From positions 1 through 26,128 of IMG/VR virus record IMGVR_UViG_3300017770_000132: a DNA stretch of 26,128 nt. The stretch is one strand, 5' to 3'. Below, in pieces: positions 16,124-24,262 of this stretch. The translations under genes and the position numbers were made by a program. Source of the DNA: a virus. Its lineage: Duplodnaviria > Caudoviricetes. The notes below the pieces were generated by a model. It was given only the letters and a program-made list of their open reading frames with translations. It did not search any database and was not told the DNA's origin. The first letter of the stretch is position 1, and every line of letters starts with the position of its first letter.

Positions 16124-18908
16124 CAGGAACTCCATCAATAGAAAAATCTACACATATAACTCTAGCAGAGGGTAGGTTCATATGTGTGCCTTTACTTAGG
16201 CGTATACGTGTTTTGGTGGCTTTCATCTTCTCAGTTAAATCTCTAATTAACTGTTCATAGTTTATCTGTTGATCTATACACCAAGTCTTCAGCGGCTTCG
16301 GTAATAGATAGACTTTCTTAATATCAGTCTCGTACCTAGCGACGAACTTGCCTCGGGGTGTAACTTCGGGCAGTGCCAACATATCTAGTGGATTGCCATC
16401 TATACCACCGCGAGCATCATCTGTACTTTTGATCCAGAGTATGTTGCTCCAATGTTCGGATATATAATTGTTCAACGTCTCAGTTACAGAGGAACCCATA
16501 TCGGCAACGTAGGCTCTACGCTCCCGCAACCTATTCACCGCAAACGTAAATACAGGCTTTACCTCAAAAGGCAGTACCCCTGCCTTCCTGCCTATCATAA
16601 GCGCAGATATAATAGCCGTAACAGCGGCAGACCAAAATCGGTTTTCGGGACCAAGTTCAGCCTTTTCATCTACACGCGATTGCACATGCTTTATAGTACG
16701 TTCACACTCCACACGATTGTTTATGACCCACTGCACAAACCGTACTCCTGCATGACCGTAGTTGCCTTTTAAAGCGGGCCACAGTTTATCAGTCTCCGCT
16801 TTGCTAGCAGAACCAAAGAACTTCGCTTCTGTCCTAAACTCTAGTATACGCTGGGCTTCAGCTTTGGGAAAACCTTTAACCCTACTAATCATTTCTATAA
16901 AGCTAGTGTTACCTGTACTGATAGCCAGTAGGCTCCACGGTTTGCCCCTGTGTCGCTCGGTGTTACCGCCTTGAGACAGACGATTACGTTGTGTCCCACC
17001 CGTTAATTGGTAGGCCAGATCAGACAACTTACCCCCTTTGGTATTAGTAAGTTCGTCCATCATAAGGGGTAGGTTGTGGTATATTTCCCCACGGTGCATC
17101 TTAGAATTGTAGGTATCAACCTCTTTCAACAACAGTTGCTCGGGATTGCCCCATGCCGATAACCCTGCCATCAACATAGTAGTTTTACCAACACCTGTGT
17201 CTCCGTACATATGTAACCCTGCAGAGCCGATCCCTGTAAGGGGCATAAGTATTGAAGCGTAGGCCGCAGCGATTGTGAATTGGTGTAACTCAAACCCCTC
17301 CCGATTGTAGAAGTCTATCGCATCAAGGTAGCCTTGCTCAGTACCCTTGGGGGTAAAGTAATCCATCATACTTGCAGTCTGTGTGGATGGTGGGTTGTAG
17401 TCTTCATCACTACCATAGATTACACGATCCCCCAGTATGAACGCGGTCATACTGTCATCAGTCCACCCAAACTGCTTATGGGCTTCATCCTCTGCTTGAG
17501 TAGCTTGTAGCTCTTCGATCCATGCCATTATATACACCTGTATCTTATCTAACTTTGCGCCATACGCAGCCACACCCTGCGTAGACATAGCTTTCCTAAA
17601 TTCATCCCGCGATGTGATGCTAGACATTGGCATCGTCCATTCACGCACACCGTCTCGGGGCATGTGCAGCCTAAACACAAGTGCTTGGCCTATCTCTGTG
17701 TCCCATATACGGCGCATGATATAGATATCGTTGTGGTAGATGCACTCTTCTTCTATCTCACCGTCACTGTTACTGGTGCGTTTATACACGCCGCCTTTAG
17801 CGCCACGAAAGTAAGGCTTCGGGTATGTCGGTATACTATAAATCTTAGGCGCACTGGTGGGACGTTTTGCGCTAGGTGCGACAACTTCGTTGTCAGCCTC
17901 GTCCGCTTCTTTAAATTGTTTACCTAAAACTATGGGGGATTTTATCTTACCCCATAAAGCACACTCCATACACACATCAGGTCTAAGACCGTTAAATGTA
18001 CGACAAGTGTACGGCCCCTTAACCAAAGACATTTTCTGATGGGTTTCACCAGAGTTATAGTCAGGGTGGCCCCTAGACATTACCTGTGCAGCCCTGTCTC
18101 CGTCTTCACAGAATTTAGCAATAGACAGTCCCGCTCTCCATAACGGTTCGGTCACATTGGCCTGATCTGTCAGTATATGCGCGAGTTGAGCGCATCCCTT
18201 ACCTATTTGTATCTTCTTTACAATACGACCAAAGCTATTCTCAGCATTGACCGCTATAAACCCCGACACAACATTGCCGCTAACAGAGGCCGTATTTACA
18301 GGGGTAACGCCTCCCAGTAAACTTACGAAGTCAGCCAGCTCGATACTTGGTTCCGCACTTATCAAAGCCACTGGAGATGGCGGTGTGTCCTTGAAGTTAC
18401 GTGTGTCAGGCATGCGTAGGATACGCGCTGCGTCAGCCGTAACTGCAGGATCGGCCTTGAGACCATTCTCCTCACAAAACTCTTTAAACCGTTCTGCCGC
18501 AGGAACCCAATCATCCACAGGTACTGGCGCAGACAAAACCCAGTAAGCGTGTATTCCGCGCCCCGAGTTGACCTTAGTAGGTTCGGGCATGCTAGTCTTA
18601 GTGCAAAACGCCTGTAACGCCGATAGCGCATCCTGCTGAGACGGGTATTCTTTGCTAGGACCACAATCCAAGTCCACGAAAAAGGATTGTAGATGTAGTG
18701 CGTTATCGGCCCTACGATTAGTATTGTTTACGAATGTGCTTAACGCAAAATAAACATCGTGGTCTTTAGCATCAAAGGCATCTACCGCTGCATGCAGTTC
18801 ATCAATAGTGTCATAGAAGTTCTGCGTTCTACGTTCACCGTTGGTTGCAAATAAACAGTAATGCCCTTCACTACTTAAAACACTTTTTAGAAATTCTAGT
18901 CGTTCCAC
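16098..18908 (-). CDS. Primase-helicase: AEP/RepB-like primase + PriCT-like + Cys cluster + DUF927 (Cch-like) AAA+ helicase
   Basis: 936 aa, GTG start with GGAGG RBS (18920-18916). Primase motifs FVDLDCG, SGRGIHAYW and DAARILRMP; EPLWRAGLSIAKFC; CxxF..CxxC; Walker A GDTGVGKTT; Walker B LMMDE. Confidence 0.85.
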   Translation of the reverse strand: MERLEFLKSVLSSEGHYCLFATNGERRTQNFYDTIDELHAAVDAFDAKDHDVYFALSTFVNNTNRRADNALHLQSFFVDLDCGPSKEYPSQQDALSALQAFCTKTSMPEPTKVNSGRGIHAYWVLSAPVPVDDWVPAAERFKEFCEENGLKADPAVTADAARILRMPDTRNFKDTPPSPVALISAEPSIELADFVSLLGGVTPVNTASVSGNVVSGFIAVNAENSFGRIVKKIQIGKGCAQLAHILTDQANVTEPLWRAGLSIAKFCEDGDRAAQVMSRGHPDYNSGETHQKMSLVKGPYTCRTFNGLRPDVCMECALWGKIKSPIVLGKQFKEADEADNEVVAPSAKRPTSAPKIYSIPTYPKPYFRGAKGGVYKRTSNSDGEIEEECIYHNDIYIMRRIWDTEIGQALVFRLHMPRDGVREWTMPMSSITSRDEFRKAMSTQGVAAYGAKLDKIQVYIMAWIEELQATQAEDEAHKQFGWTDDSMTAFILGDRVIYGSDEDYNPPSTQTASMMDYFTPKGTEQGYLDAIDFYNREGFELHQFTIAAAYASILMPLTGIGSAGLHMYGDTGVGKTTMLMAGLSAWGNPEQLLLKEVDTYNSKMHRGEIYHNLPLMMDELTNTKGGKLSDLAYQLTGGTQRNRLSQGGNTERHRGKPWSLLAISTGNTSFIEMISRVKGFPKAEAQRILEFRTEAKFFGSASKAETDKLWPALKGNYGHAGVRFVQWVINNRVECERTIKHVQSRVDEKAELGPENRFWSAAVTAIISALMIGRKAGVLPFEVKPVFTFAVNRLRERRAYVADMGSSVTETLNNYISEHWSNILWIKSTDDARGGIDGNPLDMLALPEVTPRGKFVARYETDIKKVYLLPKPLKTWCIDQQINYEQLIRDLTEKMKATKTRIRLSKGTHMNLPSARVICVDFSIDGVPDGSEGDED

Positions 18909-18928
18909 TGCTAGTCCTCCGAGTATTA

Positions 18929-18960
18929 ACGGTGCGGCACCCTATACGATACCGCACCGT
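18929..18960 (-). promoter_or_regulatory. Intergenic RNA hairpin between the SSB and primase genes (attenuator, mRNA stabiliser or weak terminator)
   Basis: Perfect 9-bp inverted repeat ACGGTGCGG/CCGCACCGT, extendable to 13 bp with G-U pairs only on the - strand. No strong U-tract. Confidence 0.65.
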
Positions 18961-18968
18961 GTAGGGTA

Positions 18969-19694
18969 TCAGTCTAACTCACCCCACTCACTTACAAGAC
19001 TGTCCAGCTTGGCTTCTTCGACAACAGGGGGCTTCTTATTGGCCCGTACCTTGGGTGTCTCGTCTTGAAACGCGTCATCAACAACTGCAGGGGCAGCGGG
19101 TGTTTCATCAACCTCAAACCCCGAAATCATGGTAGGGGCTTCTTCAACACTGAAGCCTTCTTCCGAACCAAACGGGGAGTAGTCTTCACGCTCTGCCAAT
19201 TTTAGTACCTGCACAGCACGTAAACGCAAAGACACACCGTGGTCCCGCATACTATACGGGACGCAGGAAACCTGCACGTTGACCGTACTGCCCGTAGTCA
19301 ACTCAAAGTCTTTGGGTAACGGTTTGTTCTTAGAGTCAACCTGCACAGGCGGCTTGGTTACATCAGCACCGTAAGCCCCTTTAAGTACGGCTTTGGCGAT
19401 GTAGTTGCCGTCCTCGTCCTTCTTAAAGACTTCGGATGCCTTACCCAACTTTTGAGGCCAACTCTTTTCAGATGCTGCCCGTGCATTGTAGGCCGTAGCC
19501 ATAACAGTATACAGGTCTTTTGCCTGTGCAGCATCCATCACAAACTGCAACTCGTACTTTGCGCCATCTGCAGTAGGATCACAGGGTACAGACTTACCAC
19601 GCTCACCTGCGGATTGGTCAAACCGATATGTCCCATTTAAACGGGGGTATCTCGCAACAACTTTGCGGATGATGTGGCTTTCAACTTTTGCCAT
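18969..19694 (-). CDS. Single-stranded DNA-binding protein (T7 gp2.5 / DUF2815-like OB fold)
   Basis: 241 aa with AAGGAG RBS. Motifs ARYPRL...GSTVNV.V..VPY....GVSLRLRAVQVLKL, and an acidic flexible tail ending SEWGELD. Confidence 0.7.
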   Translation of the reverse strand: MAKVESHIIRKVVARYPRLNGTYRFDQSAGERGKSVPCDPTADGAKYELQFVMDAAQAKDLYTVMATAYNARAASEKSWPQKLGKASEVFKKDEDGNYIAKAVLKGAYGADVTKPPVQVDSKNKPLPKDFELTTGSTVNVQVSCVPYSMRDHGVSLRLRAVQVLKLAEREDYSPFGSEEGFSVEEAPTMISGFEVDETPAAPAVVDDAFQDETPKVRANKKPPVVEEAKLDSLVSEWGELD

Positions 19695-20367
19695 TTGGTA
19701 GTTCTCCTTTAGAGTTTTTATAGTCGAACCCGTCTTCTGTTGAGAACGGGGAAGTATTTACAGCCGCGAAACGGGCTATAGCTTGCAATGTCGCGGGGTC
19801 GTTCTTTAACTCTGCAACACTGTGTAGTTCACTAGGCACCAAGGACCGTAAAGGCTTGAAGCATAGGCGGGGATATACGTAGGAATTATCTGGGTATACG
19901 GTAGTCACCACAGATGAAGTCTTTGTTCCCCTACCACCCAGAAACTTAGCGTATTCCTGTAGCGGCTTATTATTATTCTTACCCTTACCGAAGATAGCCG
20001 TGGCGGGTAACTGTAGTTGATACACCGTATCGAACTCTCCATCAAGCACTACTGCTACCCTCTGCACAAATCTACAAGCCCTGCTATACCCCGAACCCGA
20101 ACCTTTTATGTTCTGAGTGCAGTCCATACACCTAGTGGCTTGCTTATCTTCGCTAGGAACTAACTCGTCAGGTGCCTGTGTTGTAGAAGACCAACACGTA
20201 GGTAGCGTGGTATGTGCAGGGTCATAGTCGTTCTTGTAGTACAAACGAGATATGTTGGCAGCATTGACTACCACTACATCTATTTCACTTGCCACCACTT
20301 CCCGTTCTCCGTCCCCTACACGCACAAACATACCGTCCTGATAACTAAGCCGCCTAAACTCAACCAT
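19681..20367 (-). CDS. Cys-rich conserved phage replication protein, putative Zn-binding SSB/annealing factor
   Basis: Likely start is ATG 20367, overlapping the end of the HTH gene (20382 is the alternative). Four spaced Cys: PTCWS, CMDC.QNIKGSG, RACR. Located in the replication cluster. Confidence 0.55.
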   Translation of the reverse strand: MVEFRRLSYQDGMFVRVGDGEREVVASEIDVVVVNAANISRLYYKNDYDPAHTTLPTCWSSTTQAPDELVPSEDKQATRCMDCTQNIKGSGSGYSRACRFVQRVAVVLDGEFDTVYQLQLPATAIFGKGKNNNKPLQEYAKFLGGRGTKTSSVVTTVYPDNSYVYPRLCFKPLRSLVPSELHSVAELKNDPATLQAIARFAAVNTSPFSTEDGFDYKNSKGELPNGKS

Positions 20368-20557
20368 CGTTAGGAGTATCATCCTCTCCCAAAGCGGACA
20401 GAGCCTTATCTACTTCGTCCAACTTAAACCGTTGGGTGTTTTCGATTTTGACATATGTATGCTCAGGTATATAACCTTCCCGAACCCAATGCCGCACGGT
20501 GGATATAGATACAGAAAAGTGTTCTGCCACATCCGATATGTTCACATACTTCTTCAT
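20360..20557 (-). CDS. Xis/MerR-like helix-turn-helix DNA-binding protein (HTH_17/AlpA-like)
   Basis: 65 aa: YVNISDVAEHFSVSISTVRHWVREGYIP...RFKLDEV. Confidence 0.8.
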   Translation of the reverse strand: MKKYVNISDVAEHFSVSISTVRHWVREGYIPEHTYVKIENTQRFKLDEVDKALSALGEDDTPNDG

Positions 20558-20943
20558 TTCTTCCTCACAGTTAGGATGTACTCGGCATCCACATTAAGAC
20601 CCATAGGTACAAGGTCAGGGTTCTCTTCCAAGAACTGCTTCATGTGAGTTTGATTAAGACGCTTTTCAAACAACTCGGGAACCTCATGCTCTAACACGAA
20701 CTTGTGCATACTCTCCCAATCGCTCGTCCAGTAACGCTGCTTAACGCTACGATAAAACAAACCCGCTGCAGTTCTAACGCTGTCGATATTACTTTCAGCA
20801 CAGTAATCCAACAACGCTTGCTTAACAGTGTTCTGTTGCTCAACGAGAGCACTGTCTTCTTCTTTAAACTTAGCGGATATCTCGGCGCGCTTATCGCGTA
20901 TCCTTGTATATACTCGCGTCAGTTTTTCCACGTCCACTGTCAT
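20554..20943 (-). CDS. Conserved phage hypothetical protein (N-terminal coiled coil, Gam/Gp157-like architecture)
   Basis: 129 aa with GGAGG RBS. Coiled coil followed by SVRT.AG.FYRS......DWE....F...LFEKRL.Q..MKQFLEENP...P.GL. Confidence 0.6.
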   Translation of the reverse strand: MTVDVEKLTRVYTRIRDKRAEISAKFKEEDSALVEQQNTVKQALLDYCAESNIDSVRTAAGLFYRSVKQRYWTSDWESMHKFVLEHEVPELFEKRLNQTHMKQFLEENPDLVPMGLNVDAEYILTVRKK

Positions 20944-20970
20944 AAGTCCTCCGTTTATATCTATACTTGT

Positions 20971-20999
20971 TATCTAATAGTATTAATTAGGATCGTCAA
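20971..20999 (-). promoter_or_regulatory. Putative sigma70-type internal promoter for the HTH-SSB-primase genes
   Basis: TTGACG (20999-20994), 17 nt, TAGATA (20976-20971), in and beside an AT-rich intergenic gap upstream of a GGAGG RBS. Confidence 0.5.
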
Positions 21000-22527
21000 G
21001 TATTTCATGATATAAATTTATCATTTCTGCATGAGCGTCTATGCGACCTGCAAGCATACGGTACATACGCTTTTCAACGTAAGAGCCTTGTAGCGATATA
21101 ACAGTACACTTGTGTTTCTGCCCTGCTCTATGAACCCTAGCGTTGGCTTGCGCGTAGGTTTCCAATGATGAAGTCGGCCCCCACCACACTACAGTATTAG
21201 CGGCGGTAAGTGTTACACCGTGCGCGGCTGCTTGTGGTTGGATAACTAACACCTGTGGATCAGTGTCCTCTTGAAACCGCTTAAATATTTCGGTGCGCTT
21301 ATGTGCAGGTACATCACCCCTGATTACCTCGGACGTTATCTTGTCGGCTCGTAACTTATCGGTAAGTATATCTATCGTGTGCTTAAACGGAACAAATATC
21401 AGAACCTTTTGACTGCTCTCGTCTATGACCTCACGTAGTACCTTATATCTGTCTGATATATCGAACTCTACGGTTTCTCTTTCATCAGTGTAAACCGCAC
21501 CTGCAGATATCTGTAACAACTTGCTCATGTTTACGGCAGCGTTGATAGCGGTTACTTCTTCACCCGCCACTTCCATAATCATACGCTTCTTCAAAAGATT
21601 GTAGTAGTGTTTCTGTTGTCCACTTAACGGTACAACCCTGTCCACGTACACCATGTCTGGTAAATCCAGACACTCTTCTTTAGAGTAACGTATCGCAGGT
21701 TGCAGCACTGCATGTACGATCTTAGGTGCAGTTGGCTTGGGTTCAAACTTAAAGTGGCTCTTGCGGTCCATCACCATATCTTTAAACGAACCAAAGAATT
21801 TAGGTACGCCCTGCGGGTTGACCAACTTAGCCAATCCATATGCGTCTAAGGGCGACTGTGCGGCGGGTGTACCCGTCATCATCCACAACCATGTGTCATC
21901 ACGCAGGAGTTTCTTTAACGTCTTCCACCGCTTCGCCTGTGCGTTCTTATAGTGGGTAGCCTCGTCAATTATGATAAGGTCAAAACCACCATTTCTAATC
22001 TGCTCAGATACAATATCTACACCATCGTAGTTAATTATAACAAACTCTGCGCCCTGCTCTATTATGGCAGCGCGTTTCTTCTTAACCCCATGCGCCACAT
22101 CAACGGTACGGTGCATCGCAAAAGTGAATAGGTCGTTACGCCATGCGCTATCCATAATAGATAAGGGGCATATAACTAGAGCGCGTCTGACCTTGCCAGC
22201 TTTCATAAGATAATCAGCGGCCCATATAGCACTGGCGGTCTTGCCTGTACCCTGCTCGTTAAAACAAAACCCCTTGCGGTTCATAGTTAGGAACGCTGCG
22301 GTTTTCTTTTGGTGATCGAAAGGGATGTGTTGCCCTGTCCAAGCATAGCGTCCTTCTATCGGGGATGGTGCGGGTATCCGCAAGGTACGCAGTTTGTGCG
22401 CTTCATCAATACCCCAATTAACAACCACTGCATCAGTACCCACGGCTTCGCTCTTAGGTATAACACTCGTGACTTGTTTGGGGTCCGCTAGTGACACTAG
22501 CAGAGCCTTGTTCTTTATTACTTGCAT
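20983..22527 (-). CDS. SNF2-family (SF2) helicase
   Basis: 514 aa. Motif I FNEQGTGKT, Ia VICPLS, II IIIDEAT, III MTGTP, V GVTLTAAN, VI QANARVHRAGQ. RBS GGAG. Confidence 0.9.
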   Translation of the reverse strand: MQVIKNKALLVSLADPKQVTSVIPKSEAVGTDAVVVNWGIDEAHKLRTLRIPAPSPIEGRYAWTGQHIPFDHQKKTAAFLTMNRKGFCFNEQGTGKTASAIWAADYLMKAGKVRRALVICPLSIMDSAWRNDLFTFAMHRTVDVAHGVKKKRAAIIEQGAEFVIINYDGVDIVSEQIRNGGFDLIIIDEATHYKNAQAKRWKTLKKLLRDDTWLWMMTGTPAAQSPLDAYGLAKLVNPQGVPKFFGSFKDMVMDRKSHFKFEPKPTAPKIVHAVLQPAIRYSKEECLDLPDMVYVDRVVPLSGQQKHYYNLLKKRMIMEVAGEEVTAINAAVNMSKLLQISAGAVYTDERETVEFDISDRYKVLREVIDESSQKVLIFVPFKHTIDILTDKLRADKITSEVIRGDVPAHKRTEIFKRFQEDTDPQVLVIQPQAAAHGVTLTAANTVVWWGPTSSLETYAQANARVHRAGQKHKCTVISLQGSYVEKRMYRMLAGRIDAHAEMINLYHEILDDPN

Positions 22528-22549
22528 ACTGTTCTCCGTGTAGCTGATG

Positions 22550-22852
22550 CTATCTTTTGTTTTTAGTTCTTCTGTTGCGGCCCTTACTTAACGAACCACC
22601 GTGCGACCTGTTACGCTTACGGCTTTGCACCGAAACGCCATCCTTATTCTTACCGCCCTTACTCAACGCCTTCTTATGAGAAACATCCTTGCCCTCACGT
22701 TTGTCGGCCCTGCCATCCTTGTTGGCATCCTTGCCTGTCTTATCCATCTTGCGCCGTGCGCGTTGACGCTCCATACGTGCTTCATGTTCACCACGCGCTT
22801 TTTGCAGTTGGTATTCACGTTTGTACGGGCGGGGGGTGTTCTTATAAACCAT
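22550..22852 (-). CDS. Small basic HNH-like protein
   Basis: 100 aa, very Lys/Arg-rich. GKDVSHKKALSKGG.N......S...NRS matches a minimal HNH (D-x-H...GG...N) pattern. Confidence 0.6.
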   Translation of the reverse strand: MVYKNTPRPYKREYQLQKARGEHEARMERQRARRKMDKTGKDANKDGRADKREGKDVSHKKALSKGGKNKDGVSVQSRKRNRSHGGSLSKGRNRRTKNKR

Positions 22853-22853
22853 G

Positions 22854-23528
22854 TCAGTTCTTTCCGTTATGGGCGCACTCTAACACAGGACAGTGTTGCC
22901 TACACAAACCGCTAGGTCGTGGGTTCCACACATCAGTATCGGCGGCTGCTTGCATATTAGCATAAGCACCGCGCCATTTCACCCATAAATCAGGAACTTG
23001 ATCTACCGTGTACTCAGCCTTAATTAACGCTTTGGGTACTACAAACATCAATGCTGCTTTTATAGTACGAACTTGTGGGTAGTGCTGAAATATAGACACC
23101 GCCATCAACTCAAGTTGTCCTTTGTCTGCGTACTTCGCGTTCTTACCCGTCTTGTAGTCTACGATAAACGCGGTTTCCTTTTCCTCATTCACGATAGCCA
23201 AGTCTACGATACCACGAAACCAAACATCTTTCGCTCCGAACTTGCACGGCTGCATATCCTCGGTTAGGCCAAGCCGCTGCTCCGCAATTTTCGTACCTTC
23301 GATAGCGTTAAGCGAATCCAGAGCGTCCTGCATGTAGCTGTACTTCTCAGGTAGCGGTTCACCTTTACCTATGTAGTTTTCGCATGCGGTATGGAAGTGT
23401 GTGCCATACAACATAGCCTGACTTACTTTAACAGGATACCGCTTTAGTATCTTCTCATAGTAAAATTGCTTTGGGCACTGCTGAAAACTTTTGATCTTAC
23501 TAAAAGACCAAGGCGCAACATCAGTCAT
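22854..23528 (-). CDS. PD-(D/E)XK exonuclease, Cas4/RecB-like with probable Fe-S Cys cage
   Basis: 224 aa. Motifs WSFSKI..F.QCP, GTHFH, E, RGIVDL, IVDYKTGK, QL, and C-terminal CRQHC....C. Confidence 0.85.
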   Translation of the reverse strand: MTDVAPWSFSKIKSFQQCPKQFYYEKILKRYPVKVSQAMLYGTHFHTACENYIGKGEPLPEKYSYMQDALDSLNAIEGTKIAEQRLGLTEDMQPCKFGAKDVWFRGIVDLAIVNEEKETAFIVDYKTGKNAKYADKGQLELMAVSIFQHYPQVRTIKAALMFVVPKALIKAEYTVDQVPDLWVKWRGAYANMQAAADTDVWNPRPSGLCRQHCPVLECAHNGKN

Positions 23529-24262
23529 GTAGAAATTCCTTTTGTGTATTTCTCGCGGGAACCCAAACTTACTAGCTGTTCAAAACTAAAGGGGGCCGCT
23601 AAATTGCCCCACGCTGCCCTACCTTGAAGCGTAGGGGCTAATGCGTGGATGTATAAACTCTCTAACACATCTAGCTGATCGCGCTTGCAAGGGATATATG
23701 TATACGCATCAAACTTTTTATGGCCTTCAGTCTTGTGGGTATGCACCCGCCCATACACGTTCACAGATTGACCTACATACACAACTTTATCGTTGGCGAT
23801 AAGAAAATAGACACCGCAAGAACTATCATAAGGCTTACTCTCGGACACTAACTCGTCCTCTATCAGCATATCTCGCATAGTTAGATTGCTACTAAGTTCA
23901 TCGAAAGTAGCTATATGCTTTAACCTATCGCGTTTAAGTTCTAACTCACTTATTTCCCGTTTTAGTTTGCCTAATTTTAACTTGCTTTGCTCTACGTTAA
24001 GCGCCAACTCGTCTGTACTATTACGCGTTATAGCTAAACCCTCGCCCCTCGCTCTAGCGACTACATCTAACGGACGATATCTAGGGGCTGATAATTTATC
24101 AGGTTTGATAGACGGTATAGGTCTATCGGTACGTAACAAGCATTTGCTCACATAACTAGCTGCTAGGATACCATCTACTTTAAAGTATTTGTTTAGCTGT
24201 GTGGTTGATAGATATTGTCTAAACACAGTCGCAGGTATAAAATCTGGCCTTCCCCTAGTCAT
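23525..24262 (-). CDS. GIY-YIG nuclease-domain protein (C-terminal GIY-YIG; N-terminal putative DNA-binding region + coiled coil)
   Basis: 245 aa. GVYFL......VYVGQS.N...R...H ... LE..YI. Coupled by TAATG upstream and ATGA downstream. Confidence 0.75.
   Translation of the reverse strand: MTRGRPDFIPATVFRQYLSTTQLNKYFKVDGILAASYVSKCLLRTDRPIPSIKPDKLSAPRYRPLDVVARARGEGLAITRNSTDELALNVEQSKLKLGKLKREISELELKRDRLKHIATFDELSSNLTMRDMLIEDELVSESKPYDSSCGVYFLIANDKVVYVGQSVNVYGRVHTHKTEGHKKFDAYTYIPCKRDQLDVLESLYIHALAPTLQGRAAWGNLAAPFSFEQLVSLGSREKYTKGIST

Noticed and set aside
22854-23528. Cas4-like gene as part of a CRISPR-Cas system
   Set aside because: There is no repeat-spacer array or other cas gene, and solo Cas4-like nucleases are routine in phage replication modules.
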